DNA of 64,000 nucleotides from Eledone cirrhosa (Eukaryota): the NCBI GenBank assembly GCA_964016885.1, contig OZ024742.1, positions 355,880,001 to 355,944,000 on the forward strand. The letters are read 5' to 3'. The notes beneath the pieces are model-generated. The model ran no database searches. It had not been told where the DNA came from and saw only the letters and a program-made list of their open reading frames with translations. Positions 12,715 through 26,797 of the stretch are shown piece by piece. Positions within the stretch are counted from its first letter, which is position 1. Each line of letters opens with the position of its first letter. A program made the position numbers and the translations under genes.

Positions 12715-15700
12715 CTAATGTAATGGTACGCGATGGGGCCCACCCACAGCCCCGGCGGACAGAATGTTGAAGGCGTTTCCCCGGAGGACGGCAAGGGAGA
12801 CGCGCTGGAAAAGCCACTCCAACTCGCGGGGCTCACACCTACGGCTGGCCAGCTCAGCGCCTATGGTGGTGAGTAAGGAGGTAGCCCTGGTGCCGAGTAC
12901 ACCAGAAGTTTCCACTGCCAGGGGAACGACTGCAAACCTGTCGGAGAGCGACCGGTATTTGAGGAGTTTGGCCCCCTCAGCCCGGCGTGCAGCAGAGCCT
13001 GGGTCAGTCGCAGACTGCACCAGGTTGCGGCTGCAGAAAGTGTCGGTGCAAGTGGCATCCCAGACGAGGGGTTTGCCACCGTGGAACGGGAAGATTGTCA
13101 TGCCATCTGGCCTTTTGCCGTTCCCTCGATCCAGCCCCACCGGCTCGAGCTGGGAAGGGAAGCCTGCAGCGTCCAAGCCATGCTTAATGACCTCGTTGAG
13201 GGCAGTATGGCGTGGAATGCGGCCGGCACTGTGGCGTCAGGAAAGCGGGTGGAGGTCGAAAGTGTCCACGGTGGAACCGCAGCGACATTGGTGTGGCTGG
13301 CATCTCCGGAGGCCGAGCCTCAGGGAAACGCCGATTCACAGGCTATGATTGTCTAACTGTGTGCCAGTGGAGAAGGAGGGCAGAGCACGGTGCCAGGCAC
13401 CACTGTGGGGTTTGGAGGCCGCACGAAAACAAGCAAGGCGGTGCTCGTCGAGCTGGCGCGTGAGCCTGTCTGAGGCCAGGCTGCACTGGATGGCATCTCA
13501 AGTGCGTTGGGGGGGACTTGACGTCAACAGGGGGAGAAGGAGGAGGGACGTCTACTGGGCTAAGTCCCAGCCGGTCCCACGTCTGACAGGCGGCCTCACG
13601 TTCTCTGAACACAGAGGGTTCTATTGTGTTTTGAAGAACCCCGCTGACGAGGACGCGGCACGATGTTACCGACGAAAGATACGCCTGAAAAGCTAGTGAG
13701 AACGGGGTCCGGAGGCCTAGGCCGCCATACCTGACCGGTAAAGAGGCCTGTTGCCACCCTATGTCGTCAAACTTGACGTTGCATATCTACTCGGCTGCTG
13801 CTCGGATACAAGTATCGAGGTCAGTGAGGAGAGATGTCTGGTAGTAGCATGGAGCGCTGCAGAGTGTATAGAGGTTCTTCGGGATGGCGAAGCAGTTCCT
13901 CAGCAGAAAGAGAGCTGGGTTGCCGTCAATCAAGCCCAGTCGGCTCGTGAGAGTCTGGAGCTATTGAAGCCTGGACCTGGTGGTGGAGCGGATGGCCGGC
14001 GGGTGGATATGTGACCCGAGGATGAGGACATCCCCTTTGGGGGTTACCTGAACCTGGCGGAGAATGGACAGCACGTCCAAGACGGAGGCTGCAAAGCTCA
14101 CAGCATCGAGGCAGACATTCACCACCTCCGATTTGGCCGAGTTGACCTGGAGGCCGATTGCCGCCAGGGCAGGAATCACCGATTGAAGGTCTTGGCAGAC
14201 CGTCTGTACGGGCCCGCCCAACATAGCATCATCCAGATACGGAACGTTGAGAGGGCCCGTGATACTCCTGACGATGTGGTCAATAACAAGGGCGAACAGG
14301 AGGTGTCCCAAAGGATCGCCCTGTTGGACCCCAGTAGCCGAGGGTATGACCGTATAAGCAACTAGGAGTATGCTCGGGCTCCATATGACAGGTAGGCCAA
14401 AGGGTAGGCAGAGGGGGCTCAGCTGAGGCAGGGCTCGAGCAGATGATCCCACCGTAAAGAGTTAAAGGCATTCCTCATGTCAAGCTTGACAATGAGGTGC
14501 CTGGAGTCCCTGGATGCCGGTACCGATGGGCAGCTGCTGAAGAACTGCCTGATTGCAAGAGAGGCTCCATCACAGCTACCGGACACGCTGACACCCAGTT
14601 GTATCGGACTAAACTCCTCACCCAGTTCGTTGGTGACGGACTTGCAGATCACCTTGGCAGCCGCCAGCCTCCGGAAGACATTGCCCACAGCAATGGGGCG
14701 TATGTCACCCTCTTTTTCCTGAGAGCGGTGAGGCTGGCCGCAAAAAAGAGGCCTCGAGCATAAGGGTCGAGGGCACCATGAATGAGCCTATTGGTGAGCG
14801 CCACAGATGCACTGAGAAGGCGGCGCCCGGCCTCAGCGGAGAGGGGGGATGTCAACTCCTTGAGGTGGCCTGGTCAAAGACCATCAACACCTCCGCAGCT
14901 GCTAGCTGGGAAGGACCTGATGGCGGACATATCTGCATCAGTAGCCTCAAGGGGCAGGTGGGGGTCGGGTGCGGGTATGGGTCTTTGATCAGTGAGTGGC
15001 TCAGGTTGTTTGAACCGCAGCAACAACTCTGTCTGAAGCAACAACTCTGACTGCGGCCGAGACATCACCCATGATAAGCTTTGCGGTTACCTGGTCACGC
15101 AAACGCTTGGCGCTGGCCTCGGGGGTGGAGGATAGGGGGTACCTGAGTGTGGGGTGTGTGGCGTCCCTGGGCACGCTTGAAATGGGCGCTCGCCCAAATG
15201 ACGAAATATTGGCCTTGATGAATGCTGCTGTTGACCCTCCGCCCCGGTCAGCGCCAGAGCTGGGGAGGCCGTGGGCGAGTGGGGCGAAATAGAAAAGCTG
15301 CTCCCAGTCACTGGCTCGAATGGAGTCCAGGGCGCTCTCAATCGAGGAAGCGAGGGCATCGGCTACCGGAACTCGTGCCGCTCTCGGGATCCTAAGTGGG
15401 ATCTTCCGGAGCCGCCTGAGCCGAGCGATGTTGACCAGCGAGGCTCAGGCGTCAGGCAAGCTTGCTGTACCATCTGGTGGTGTGCCAGACGGCAGTAGCT
15501 GGGAATGCGTGGGGAAGAGGCAGCTTTTGCACCTCCATGTTGTGAGGGTATTGGAAGCTCGACGAGTCAAGCCAATGCAGGTGAGGTGGTGGAAGCTGCC
15601 GCACCCCAAACAGTTCCGGCCTCTCTTCCGTTTGTTAGTAGTGCCGCAAGTGCTGCAGGTGTCGATTTGGAGGGGTGGGGGATGGGGCGGGGGGCCGGGG

Positions 15701-15985
15701 ACTTGGGCACCGAGCGGCATCAGGGGTGGGTGGCTAGTGTGTGTGGTTGGAAGGGAAAGTGCTGGTAAGAGGGCAGCATAGCTCACCTATATATATGGAG
15801 GTACCAGAAAACGAGAGCGAAAAGTCACTCCATGGAGGGGGAGACACAGGAAGGTTGAATGGCAGTAAATGAATGAGTGAATGGATGGATGTACAACAAA
15901 AAGGGGATGGGGGGGGGGCAAGAGATGTTCGCAGTGGAAAGACCCCGAATTCAGCACGCACACATGCGAGCAACTGAGCAGTTTG
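12715..15985 (-). mobile_element. Near full-length, frameshifted CRE-clade non-LTR retrotransposon (PHD finger, RT, restriction-like endonuclease)
   Basis: RT motifs GNVFRRLA, KLDMRNAFNS, GVQQGDPLG and YLDD. RLE motifs GKRPDG...WDATC...KLLKY...PLAVETSG. N-terminal C4HC3 finger. Visibly GC-rich against its flanks. Confidence 0.92.
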
Positions 15986-16724
15986 TCAAAGACGATATTC
16001 TCAACTGAACCGTCGTGTCATTTAATTTGAAAAGAGGAGCAAAGTAAAAGGAAAATAGTGAATTTGGAGTGTCAATCCCTTGTGATTTTTTTTTTTTTTT
16101 TTTCCAATACCGGACTTACAGATTTCCAGGATTTATACATTTTTTTTTTCCTTCAAAAGGATGGAGGCGTTTTATCTCCTCATGAAACTGACATTACTCA
16201 ATGATGATCGTCATCTATGGCTTATTTATATGTATTATTTCATAACTCTATAGAACTATTAGAATGTTTGTGCAGTGTTCTGTGTCCAGCCAGGTTTGTA
16301 CAACAGGTAAGAAAAATGATGATTCGGTGACGGTTTCTTCTGATAGGAACCTCTTCCACGTCGGAAGATCGAAGTGTGTTTTCTTGTCTTCTTCAATACT
16401 TTCATAAGCGGCTTCGGAGATTTAAAACTTGTTTCAATTGGTGCTTCCATTTCCACACTGTTCTATTGTCTTATTTAGAAAAATATATATTTCTATATAT
16501 TTCTTTATTTATTTCTCTTCTTTTAGTCTAATATAGCGAGTTGTCACCAGTGATGTTTGAAGTTCCTTGGAGTTGGTCAGAGTATCGCTTAAAGCTTTCT
16601 TTGTAGCGCCTATCCTTTAATTTATCTTTTTCAAAACAATTAGATTTGACAGCGTTTAAACTAAACATTTTGAGAGAGTTTAGAGATACAACATAATTAT
16701 TTTGGTGTTGTTGTTGTTGTTAGC

Positions 16725-17215
16725 TGTTTGACCGAGTCACTAACCCAGTCTATTTATATCTTTTGATACCTTGCTCGCTTCCCTTCATGCATAGCGGCAT
16801 CACCACCCCTATCTCAAGCAGTGAGGTAACAGTGGCGGCAGCAACGATGCAGCGGCGGCGATGGTGATTGGACAGCAGCGCCATAGGGCTGGTGCTAGTC
16901 TGTATTTGGCTAGATTTTTCGTGGTCGTGGTGATGTTGATGGTAGCGGCGGCGGCTGGTGGTGAATTTATTTGGCTGTTATTTTCTAGCCATTTTCTTTT
17001 CTGACTATAAGATTTCTGGCACAAAATTAAATATTAAATTAAATATTACATATTGGAGCCCTATGCTGCAATGTGATGCGTTGCCACTTCCTGAGGGTTA
17101 AGACTGATATCTGACGTTTCATTTGTAATAAGAATTATTCTATCACAATTGTTTTAAATATATAAAAAATCAAAAACTCACTGGAGCGAAACCATAATAC
17201 CCTATCCACCATGTA
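16725..17215. repeat. Dispersed ~500-bp repeat, second copy at ~30612-31125
   Basis: Shared blocks cagtctatttatatctttt, aaaattaaatattaaat and aataagaattattctatcaca...aaaaatcaaaaactcac in the same order. Confidence 0.75.
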
Positions 17216-19651
17216 CGTAGGATAATCACTTATGAGAGCTGATGAATTAAAGAATGTAATAAGAGAGAATGAAATATATCTCCAGAAAATAAGAATTTCT
17301 AGCCAATATACATTCTAAAGGTTCACGAAGATAAAGATGTAATCTACCAAATAAATGAAGTTGGTAAATACACAGTAGTAATCAGTGCTGGAAAAACTGA
17401 TTAACATTATTTTATTCAAATTTGATGAGGAAATTCGAAACTTTCTTCATTTAGAAAGGAAACTTATTGATTTGTTCCATTAAATGTTTAAAGTAATGGG
17501 TATTTTTCTGGAAGTGTTTTTCTAAGAATTTCATTAACTTCTTTTCAAAACCGAACAGCTCCTGTGAATAGTTGATATTTCTAATTATTCTTCTGTATCC
17601 GGTGTGTATGCATAATTTTTAGTTTTCAATCGATTTCAATGCCTTGGAGCTTACTTTTGCTGAACAAAAGAGTTGTTTTAAACTCTCCATTACCTATTCA
17701 TTATATTGTGCACATAATTGATTGACATTGCATTAAAAAATACACACAATTATTTGACAATTGTCTAACAGTCTTCCAAAATATTAGTGAAAAGAAAAAT
17801 TGAAATATCTGTGGGTAATTTTACCGGAGTCATCTTCAGAATTTTTTTGCTGCTTCATTCTTTATTGAATAACATAGAAATACCCTCTTAAAACTCCACA
17901 TGTAAACATTGTTTCTTTAGTTTGGTTTCTTTTGATTATTTCATCTCTTTGATCGATGTTTCTTATATTATATGAAAGTATTGAAGAATTTTGGCATAAA
18001 ACTTCATTTAATTGAAAAACTACTACTGTTATTTACCAATAGATTTAAAGAATACTCGATTAATATTACGGCCGTTCAATGCAGAATCGTTACACAGCGG
18101 GAAAATAACCTACATTATTTATTTTGGTTCTATACTTCTACGTTCAAATCCTACTAACTAAACTTTGACTTTCGTAATCCAGGGCCAATAAAAGAGGAGT
18201 GGTATCAATCACGTACTTGACAACAAACTACGAGCTACAGTTCATGAGGCAATCTGATGTCGAGATTAATTTCTATCACGGAAAAGCTCTGACGACATTT
18301 AGGCCAAGCTGCACCAACCCTTCCCTTTTTATTAAAGAATACCAGTATTGTGAAGAAATGAGCAGGGTTGAGTTTAGACATGGGGGGGGGGGGCAGATTC
18401 ACGTCAGGTTTGAGGGGAACCCATAAACAAAAAATGAGAATACACAGCAAACTCCAATTGTATATCAAAGTTAGTTTAGCGCTAGTAATTAGAATTGAAA
18501 AGTTATACATACTGATATTAAATTCAAAACTTCTTACCCTCTTAAAGCTAAAAAGCCCAACTGAGATCACAAATAAATTACTACGGGACAATTGCCCCAT
18601 TTACACCACATTAATCCAGCCCTGGAAGTGAGACCTGCCACATATTCAACTGCTAATGTTCTACACAACCTTCCCGATCATTGCGCCTTGGAGTGGATAC
18701 TCAAGTTCTCCCTCACTACGACATACTATCACACACCAATGGTCGCGGAAGGCATAGAAAATATTAATCTTGGGAGTGTTCCCTGTTTTGCATTGTATGA
18801 TTCTCGCACTGTGCAGGTTACCAGCAACGACACAAACTTACCCCTGTTCCTATGAAAGGTACCAGGAATACTAAAATGAATTGTATTATTTGGAAATTAT
18901 ATTTCTTGTATTTTATTATAAAATATATTTTTATTTACTAAGTGATTGCAAAATTAAGATCTGCACTGTATATGTTAGTATGGAATGAAACTGATATCTC
19001 ATCTTTGTTTTATGTGTCAATGTTGTGGGAAATATGGTTGTGGGACAACTAGTCAAAAACTTCATTCGTCGTCAAGTTTGACAGTATTACCTGGGATATG
19101 AGTGCCTATGGCGGGACTCACTCTGCTGCACACAATCGCGGCAGAGTTCTCGAATCTTAGGATAAATTACTTTCGTCTTTATTCCATTCTCGGTAGTCTT
19201 GAAAATGTTACGAATTGCTGTCATTTCTCGTCTTACAAAGCCAAAATCGCCTATGATAGATTTTCACAATGTAATAATGTACTTTTATGAATAATTTACA
19301 TGAGCGTAGTCACAGATGATATATCAGACTTGTTTTTGTTCTGAGCATGGGGGTAGTATTTCTCGTTTAACCGTTCATGTTTTACCGTCAAACTTCAACA
19401 TTTCTTTCAACAAAGCTACATGGTTTGAGTGATCTAGTCTTCGATAATTTTCGTCGATACCTCCCACCCCCATCACTCCCTCATGTACGTATGTGTGTGT
19501 GTTCTTTGGCTAAGCTTCAACTCATATATATAATAGAACATTATATATATATAACAGAATATCTGTCAGCTCTTATCCACTACGCTTTCATATTGTGAGC
19601 AGCATCATAAAGTGAAATGTGTGTGGTCAGTTTTATTTATTCCAAGCTGTG

Positions 19652-19918
19652 TACGACCTTCTTAACACTACGTATATGTTATCAATGTATATGTATGTAT
19701 GTTTATACGACCTTCTTAACACTACGTATATGTTATCAATGTATATGTATGTATGTTTATACGACCTTCTTAACACTACGTATATGTTATCAATGTATAT
19801 GTATGTATGTTTATACGACCTTCTTAACACTACGTATATGTTATCAATGTATATGTATGTATGTTTATACGACCTTCTTAACACTACGTATATGTTATCA
19901 ATGTATATGTATGTATGT
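19652..19918. repeat. 54-bp minisatellite, 5 near-identical copies
   Basis: Unit tacgaccttcttaacactacgtatatgttatcaatgtatatgtatgtatgttta, starting at 19652, 19706 and onward. Confidence 0.95.
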
Positions 19919-20272
19919 ACGCCTAGAAAAGCAGAAACGAATTCAAAGTATTGTACGATGCATAAAAAGAAGAAAAATAGCATCAACTATAGATTATTGA
20001 AAATATTCAATTAGATACACAAATCAATATCTTTAGAAATGAATGGCGACTGCCGAAAAGTAAAATATCTGCTCTTGGCAAGCTAAGATCGACTATACTC
20101 GGGTAACGCAATTTATTATACTCAGGTAACATTATTTTCTACACTTACCTCATTAATACCTGTTGGAAAGTTAAAAACTTTAAACTATTCCTCTCACTTC
20201 TTTATCAAATCATACAAAGCCACTGTAACTAGATAACTAGTCAACATGGAACGAATATATACATATTTGTTT

Positions 20273-20349
<77 letters not shown>

Positions 20350-20350
<1 letters not shown>

Positions 20351-20670
20351 GAGGGTTGACTGAAAATGTCATAGGTTGTCAAAGATACTCTCATGGAATG
20401 TGACCAAATGAGGTTTATTTTTCAACATAGTCTCCCTTGCGTTCCACACACTTCTTCAATCGGTGTTGCTGTACTGAGATCAATGTTTTCCTCGGTAGTG
20501 GCAGTTGTTGGACGTCCAGACCTTGGGTCATCTTCAAGAATCCCCTATCCTTTCCTAAATTCGGCTGCCACTTTTGCACAAAGGAAATTGTGGTACAATA
20601 TTGTAAGGTCTGCTTATAGCATTATCCATCTTTCAAAAATGAAGGTCCGCATTTCGTCGACTTCAATACG
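20350..20670. mobile_element. Mariner-type DNA transposon relic (one TIR end, internally deleted)
   Basis: TA followed by CGAGGGTTGACTGAAAA...tttatttttcaacatagtctccc...acacacttctt, which resembles irritans/Hsmar2-type ends. Confidence 0.7.
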
Positions 20671-21347
20671 TTTTATTACATTTTATTGTATCGTAAAAAT
20701 AATTTCAATTTAGTTTTATTTTTTGGAATTTATTTAACAAACATCGAAAAATAAGAAAAAGAATATAATAAAAAATAATTTGATTGCCTTTAATAAAGAA
20801 GATAAATAGAGTGGAACTGATTTCCAGGTCATACTAATGAAACAAGTTTTTTTCATTAGTGATATTATGTCTGCCGCAAGTCCTGGTAGAAGATGCTACA
20901 CGAACTAAATTATTTTACTGAAGAACGCAACATGCTGCAGGATGGAATAAACGAGCCCATGACTTTATAATGATTAGTCCACTACCGTAACCCCTACGTC
21001 ATGTGCCTTCACAGAGGAAAGGTAAATCATATTATAACAGATTAGATGGATAATATGTTAGATATTACTATGTGTCATATTATACCAAAGAGGAAGTGTG
21101 CTGTATAATAAACATTGATATCAGGTTGATTCAATAACTACCCAGTCCCAAATACGAACACATGAATTTATGGTCGTCAGTCAAACATATGTATACATGT
21201 ATGTATGTATGTATGGATCGATGGATGTGTGTATGTATGTGTGTATGTATGTATGTATGTATACATGTATGTATGGATGTATGGATGGATGGATGGATGG
21301 ATATATGTATGGATGTATGTATGGATGTATGTATGTATGTATGGCAA

Positions 21348-21842
21348 GGTTTCTTGGTGAGGAGGGTGAATTTGGACATCCTGCAGGACTAAAAACAAAA
21401 CCTGTCAAAGGGCAAAGGAGCTCTTAAGAGTCAATGGCCATCCAAAATCACCGGGAGAGATGACCCCTTAGCCTTTGTCAGCACAGAATTCTAGGAGAAG
21501 GAAAACTCTGATATAACACCTGCAACCCTGATGGTATCCAATGATGTTGACATATCATCTTGGTTAAGAGAGTGGGACTGGCTTTGTGCAGTTCCTTTGC
21601 TCACTATAAAAGCTTAACGGCACAGGCATTGCTTTATATCTGGAGATCTCTCTGCACTTGTCACATGGTACCATGGGCCCAGCACTATGTGTCAATAATT
21701 GTCACAATTGTAGTGTTTGTACCAGAGTTTTCAAATCGCTGGCTGGACTAAAAAGTCACACTCGTTCAGCGTATCGGTAGGGGTTCTCCTACATGGATAT
21801 ACAGTAGTGGCCGTACTCGAAAACGAGTTGGCAGCCACCATA
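21348..21842 (+). mobile_element. RTE-derived non-autonomous element (SINE-like, family A)
   Basis: The 3' part encodes [20 protein letters not shown], like the RTE C-terminus. It ends in tggccgtaCTCGaaaaCGAGttggcagccacca plus (TATG)n. Several copies lie in this window. Confidence 0.8.
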
Positions 21843-21864
21843 TATGTAAGTATGTATGTGTTTA

Positions 21865-24335
21865 TGAGAACATCTGGAAGGACCTCAGCAGCTCGGTCTA
21901 TGAGGCTTCAGCAGAGGTTATTGGCTTTGTAACAAGAAAACAAGGACTGGTTTGATGAGAATGACCAGGAGGTCAATGCTCTGCTAGACTGAAAACAAAA
22001 GGCACTTGATGCAGTTCTTATAGGTGGTAGCTCTGTTGGTAATATTTATGAGCGTTACAGACAAGTAAAGAAGGAAGTGCAGATGAAACTCAGGGCTATG
22101 CAATATACCTGGTGGAGAACAAAGCAGATGAAGTTCAAGTGGCATCTGACGGCAACAATGTGAAACTGCCGCACTTTCTACTCACAAAGGTGTATGCCCT
22201 TTCAGCTCTCCAGTGGCCCCTTTGAGATCGAAAGATGGCAAGCAATTACTGCGCGACCCAAAAGACACTCGACAGATAGAGAGATCACTTTGATGAGCTC
22301 TTAAACAACCAGCCATCCCAGGTTGATGATGATTTCATTTGTTCCATTCCTATTGAACCAGTGAAGCATATGAGATGGTTAATGTATCTTCTCTTGCAAA
22401 GGGGACTTCTGTTGTGCATAAGCTGACCTGTGGTAAGTCTCCTGGTATGGATGGACTGAGTGGAGAGGTTTTGAAGTGCGGTGGTGAAAACTTCACGCAT
22501 CGCCTGACTGACCTCATGAAAATGGTGTGGGAAGATGAGAATGTCCCACAAGAAAGATGCGCTCCATAAAGGAAAGGTCGGCAAGGACAAATGTGGCAAT
22601 TATCGTGGCATATCACTTCTTTCAGTAGTTGGTAAAGTCATGTGTCGAATATTGATGGATATATTCATCCCAAGAGTTGCTTTGAATGTGTTCCCTGAGT
22701 CGCAGTGTGGGTTCAGAAACGAAAGAGGAACAGTATATATGATCGTTTCTGCTCGGCAGCTGCAAGAAAAGTGTATCGAACAATGTATGGACCTTTACCA
22801 GGTCTTTGTTGACTCGACAAAGGCCCTTGACATCGTCAATCGAACTGCGTTGTGGAAAAAAATCCAAATTAGGGTAGAAGATTCTGCGTCTTTTCCATGC
22901 TGACATGAAGGCTTGAGTCAGTATTGGTGGTAGCATCTCTGAACCAATATCAGTTGAAAATGGAGTGAAGCAGGGGGACATTCCGGCTCCAACTCTGTTT
23001 TCCTTATATTTTACGATAGTGTTTCTCATGGCATTCAAATATTGTTCTCATGGAGTTTACATCAGGTATCCCACTTCAGGAAGGTTTTTCAACTTCAGGC
23101 GCTTTGGTGCAAGCACAAGGGTATTAACATCTATAATCCGAGAGTTTTTGTATGCAGACGACTGCGATCTTTTTGCACACTCACAAAGTGACATGCAGCA
23201 TATTATAAACTCTTTTTCTGCAGCTTGCAGCACTTTGGGCGTCACAATAAGCTTGGAAAAGAATGTTGTGATGTATCAGCCAGTACCTGGAAACGAGTAC
23301 ACTGCACCAAGTGTGTACGTGTACGGAAAGAGGCTAAAAGTTGCTGACAAGTTTGTTTATCTTGGTAGTACGTTGAACAATTCATGCACACATGATAATG
23401 AAATATCCTTAAGAATCAAGAAAGCCAGTGATGCTTTTGGACGGCTACATCAACGTTTATGGTCCAGGTGAGGTATCACTATCTAAACCAAGGTGAAAGA
23501 AAATGTATCTGACTTGTGTCGTCTCCTCTTTGCTTTATGTTTGTGAAACGTGGGTCACATACAGAAAGCACCTCAAGGATCTGGAGAGATTTCACCAACA
23601 ATCTCTTCATAAGTTACTTGGTGTGCAATGGAAAAATGTTCGTCAGTAATTTGGAAGTTCTAGAACGGAGTAGGTGCGTGACTATAGAGAGCATAATCTT
23701 TCGGTATCGGTTGAGGTGATGCATTCACGTGGTCCGGATGTCTGATGATCGTATTCCAAAGCAACTTCTCTATGGAGAACTGTGTGAAGGAAGGGCACCA
23801 CCACATAAACCAAAAAGGCGGAACCGGGACTGTATCAGGGGCACCTTGGCTTGTGCTGGAATTTCATCTGACGAATGGGAGAAAATGGCTGGGGAGCGTG
23901 TGGAGTGGAGACGTTTGATCAAGTCAGGTGAACACTTTGAAACTCGTCGGAGAGAACACCTAACACTGAAAAGGAAGGTGACTGTTCTGAACTGCCTGCT
24001 GTTGAACTTCATCTGGTTTGCCAGCACTGTGGTCGTGTCAGCCTGAGCAAAGCTGGTTTGATTAAATATGAACAAAGTCATATCAGTAGACCTCATGTAG
24101 ATTATGATCTGAAAAGGTGTAAGAAATGTACAAGCATGGGAGGTCTTAAAAGACACATGAGAACACAGTCAGAACAAAGCAATGGAATTTTCCGGGGAGC
24201 CTAAAGTTGCCATGTGTGTGCCAGAGGGTGCAAGTATTTGGCTGGTTTAAAGAGTCACGTTCGTGCTTAACATTTTTAAACATTTTATCGGGCGATGGCA
24301 ATATTCGAACACGAGTTTGCAGCCATCATGTATTA
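21865..24335 (+). mobile_element. 5'-truncated, degraded RTE-clade LINE
   Basis: GKSPGMDG, CGNYRGISLLS, PESQCGFR, GVKQGD, LYADD, FVYLGS and RIPKQLLYGEL motifs. Same 3' tail motif and (TATG)n. Confidence 0.93.
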
Positions 24336-25054
24336 TGTATGTGTGTATGTATGTATGTATGTATGTATGTATGTATGTATGTGTGTATGTAGCTTATAGA
24401 TAGGACAACACACGCTGCCTTTTCGTGGGGTAAGTTTTTAAACATCAAAATACAACAATCTTTTGGTCACTGGACTCGGGAATGTCACACAGAAGTTTGT
24501 GGAAGTTACACAAATATTTTCGTATATTTTACCAGAGCAATCCTTATTTATATTTTACATTTTACATTTACTTACATCTCAATATAACATGGCTAAAATT
24601 CACATTTTGCAAAAAGAAGAAAACGGACAAATGAACTAGATACATCTCACTGTTCCCCGCCACCACAATAACGTCTACACTCTCTCCACACCATAACATT
24701 TACATTTACACATGCCATTACTCTATCTAGACTAAAGTCACCGACCTGTTGTCAGACTCTCTACTCTGTGTTGAATGTGTGTGTGTATATATGTATGTAT
24801 ATGTGTGTATATACATCACCCAGTCAAACGACTAGATTTCAACTCCAACATCTACAATAACAACACCAGCACTAATGTTTACAGCAACAACAGCTTCAGA
24901 ATGAATTGGAATGAACATTTACAACAGCGGCATCAAACGATAAAAAAATAAAAAAACTCAAAATAACAAAACACACACACACACAACTCAACAACAACAT
25001 CAACTACCACCACCATCATCACCAGCGACCGGGCCTTAAGAAAACAACAACTTT

Positions 25055-25220
25055 AATAATAATAATTTTTCTGCTTTTGGCACGGAGCCGGCGATTGTTC
25101 CAGCGCATTACTGGAGCCTTCTTTTGTTGACTCCGTGGGGATGAAAGGCAAGGTTGACCTCGGCGGGATTTGAGCTCAGAGCTTGGAGAGCCATAGCTCT
25201 ATGCTGTAAAGCAATTATAA
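25055..25220 (-). mobile_element. SINE fragment (Nin/Deu-like domain, (TAT)n tail)
   Basis: Colinear with the more complete copy at 53889-54085. Confidence 0.65.
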
Positions 25221-25451
25221 TAATACTGAACTGTAACACGAACGGCTTCAACTATACAAACTCTTGAAATTCAACAGTTGACATAATCTTGTAATCTTGT
25301 ATCAGTAATGACGGTAATATATATATATGTGTGTGTGTGAGTAGCGTGTGTGTTGGTGTGCGCGCGCGTATGTATGTGTGTGTGTGCGCGTGTGCGTATG
25401 TCGTACGTATAAGTGTCAATAAGTGAGTTGTTTTTTGTTTTTTGTTTTTAT

Positions 25452-25750
25452 GCGCGGGGACATAGAAATAATCGGGCTGGATGCCCGATCGCGCAGTTAA
25501 ACCACTGGGAGTGAAGAACCCCTAGCCCTTGTCAGGGCATTCTTCTAGGAGAAGGCATATCAGGAAACTGGGTTAACTGCGACATAAAACCTGCGGCTCA
25601 GTAGTTATAGATGATGTTGATCTGTTCTTCTTTTCGGGTTATAGCTAGTGTCGCTCAGAGAGTAGGATTGGTTCAGTGCACAGTCTTTCTTCACTTTAAA
25701 AATATTCGTCACGCACATGCATTGCACGATTGCATTAATTAATAATTATC
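25452..25750 (+). mobile_element. RTE-derived SINE-like fragment (family B)
   Basis: Colinear with 35116-35410. Shares ccctagcc.ttgtcag...tctaggagaagg and gatgatgttga blocks with family A. Confidence 0.75.
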
Positions 25751-25774
25751 AATAGTGTATTATTAAGGATTAGT

Positions 25775-26614
25775 GGAGGTGAAGAGCGACGACGTACTTG
25801 GGGAAACTCTAGGCGTCGACGAAAACCAACTAGCCAATCTCTTTGGAAGAACTTTCGGGCCGGGGCCTATGGACAACATCCAGAAATCTCAGGCCTGGCA
25901 GTGCTACTGAGGAGCATTGCCAGTTCGAGATAAAATATACAGGCATGTAAGTGCCGTCAGCCGCGCATGTCCGAGATGCGCGCAGGGCGACGAAACTGTC
26001 CTGCATGAACTCGTCCAGTGTCCAAGCATTGCTGACTTGTGGGTTTATGTCGAACACCTGCTGTCGCGTGTAGAACGGATCCGACTATCAGCTGAGTCCA
26101 TCGTAGGCATTGCCCCGCCCTCTTCCTTTAGCCGGGAAGGGCAGGCAGTTTTTGTCTGTCTGGTGGCCATGGCGAAGAGATGGTATGGTGGACGCATCTG
26201 AAAGGGCTGAAGACGAGCACTTACCTCTTCGGTGATGCCCTGATTAATCTTTTCCATTTCATTTGAAAAGGAAAATCAGGGTAGAGAGGGGGATGCTCTC
26301 TTCCCAGCTTTTTGTTGAAAGATGGGTGAGAGAAGCGAGAATGGCCCGAGTATATACCTGTAAATTGAAGGTGGAAAACTGGGAGAGGACATTTGCCCTG
26401 GTGGTCAGGGTCACCGTGGCTTTTTTTAATGGGCTTTCTCCACGATGGCCACCGGAAGTCTCCCCCTATTGGGGAATTTTTCATTGTTTTTTATTACATC
26501 CTCTGTTTTTTTTTTGTTTTTTTACACTCAGAGATGCCCATTTGTACCGTTCTGTATTGTCCTGTACTGTCCTTAATGTCTACTTTGTGTAAACAATTGT
26601 GGTTTTAAAGAAAG

Positions 26615-26615
<1 letters not shown>
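25775..26615 (+). mobile_element. 3' end of a Tx1/L1-clade LINE
   Basis: ALPVRDK...CPRCAQGDETVLHELVQCPSIADLW is a C-terminal CCHC zinc knuckle, followed by a T-rich 3' UTR. Confidence 0.75.
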
Positions 26616-26654
<39 letters not shown>

Positions 26655-26797
26655 AAATAAATACCAGTAATGCACTGAGATAATTGCTGGCCTTGTGCCA
26701 AAAGTAGAAACAATTATTATTATTATTATAAAATATAGTACCAGTAATGCACTGGGATAATTGCTGGCCTTGTGCCAAAAGTAGAAACAATTATTAT
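26655..26797 (+). repeat. Two tandem SINE 3' tails
   Basis: taccagtaatgcactg.gataattgctggccttgtgccaaaagtagaaacaattattat occurs twice. Confidence 0.8.

Noticed and set aside
12764-15781. Long plus-strand ORFs over the GC-rich block
   Set aside because: They are antisense shadows of the CRE coding strand.
16259-16456. 65-aa minus-strand ORF or nearby plus-strand cag|gtaaga donor as a host exon
   Set aside because: No recognisable domain and no supporting neighbouring exons.
17238-17250. Isolated CTGATGA heptamers (also ~46833 and ~61212)
   Set aside because: No stem II plus GAAA plus stem I arrangement follows them.
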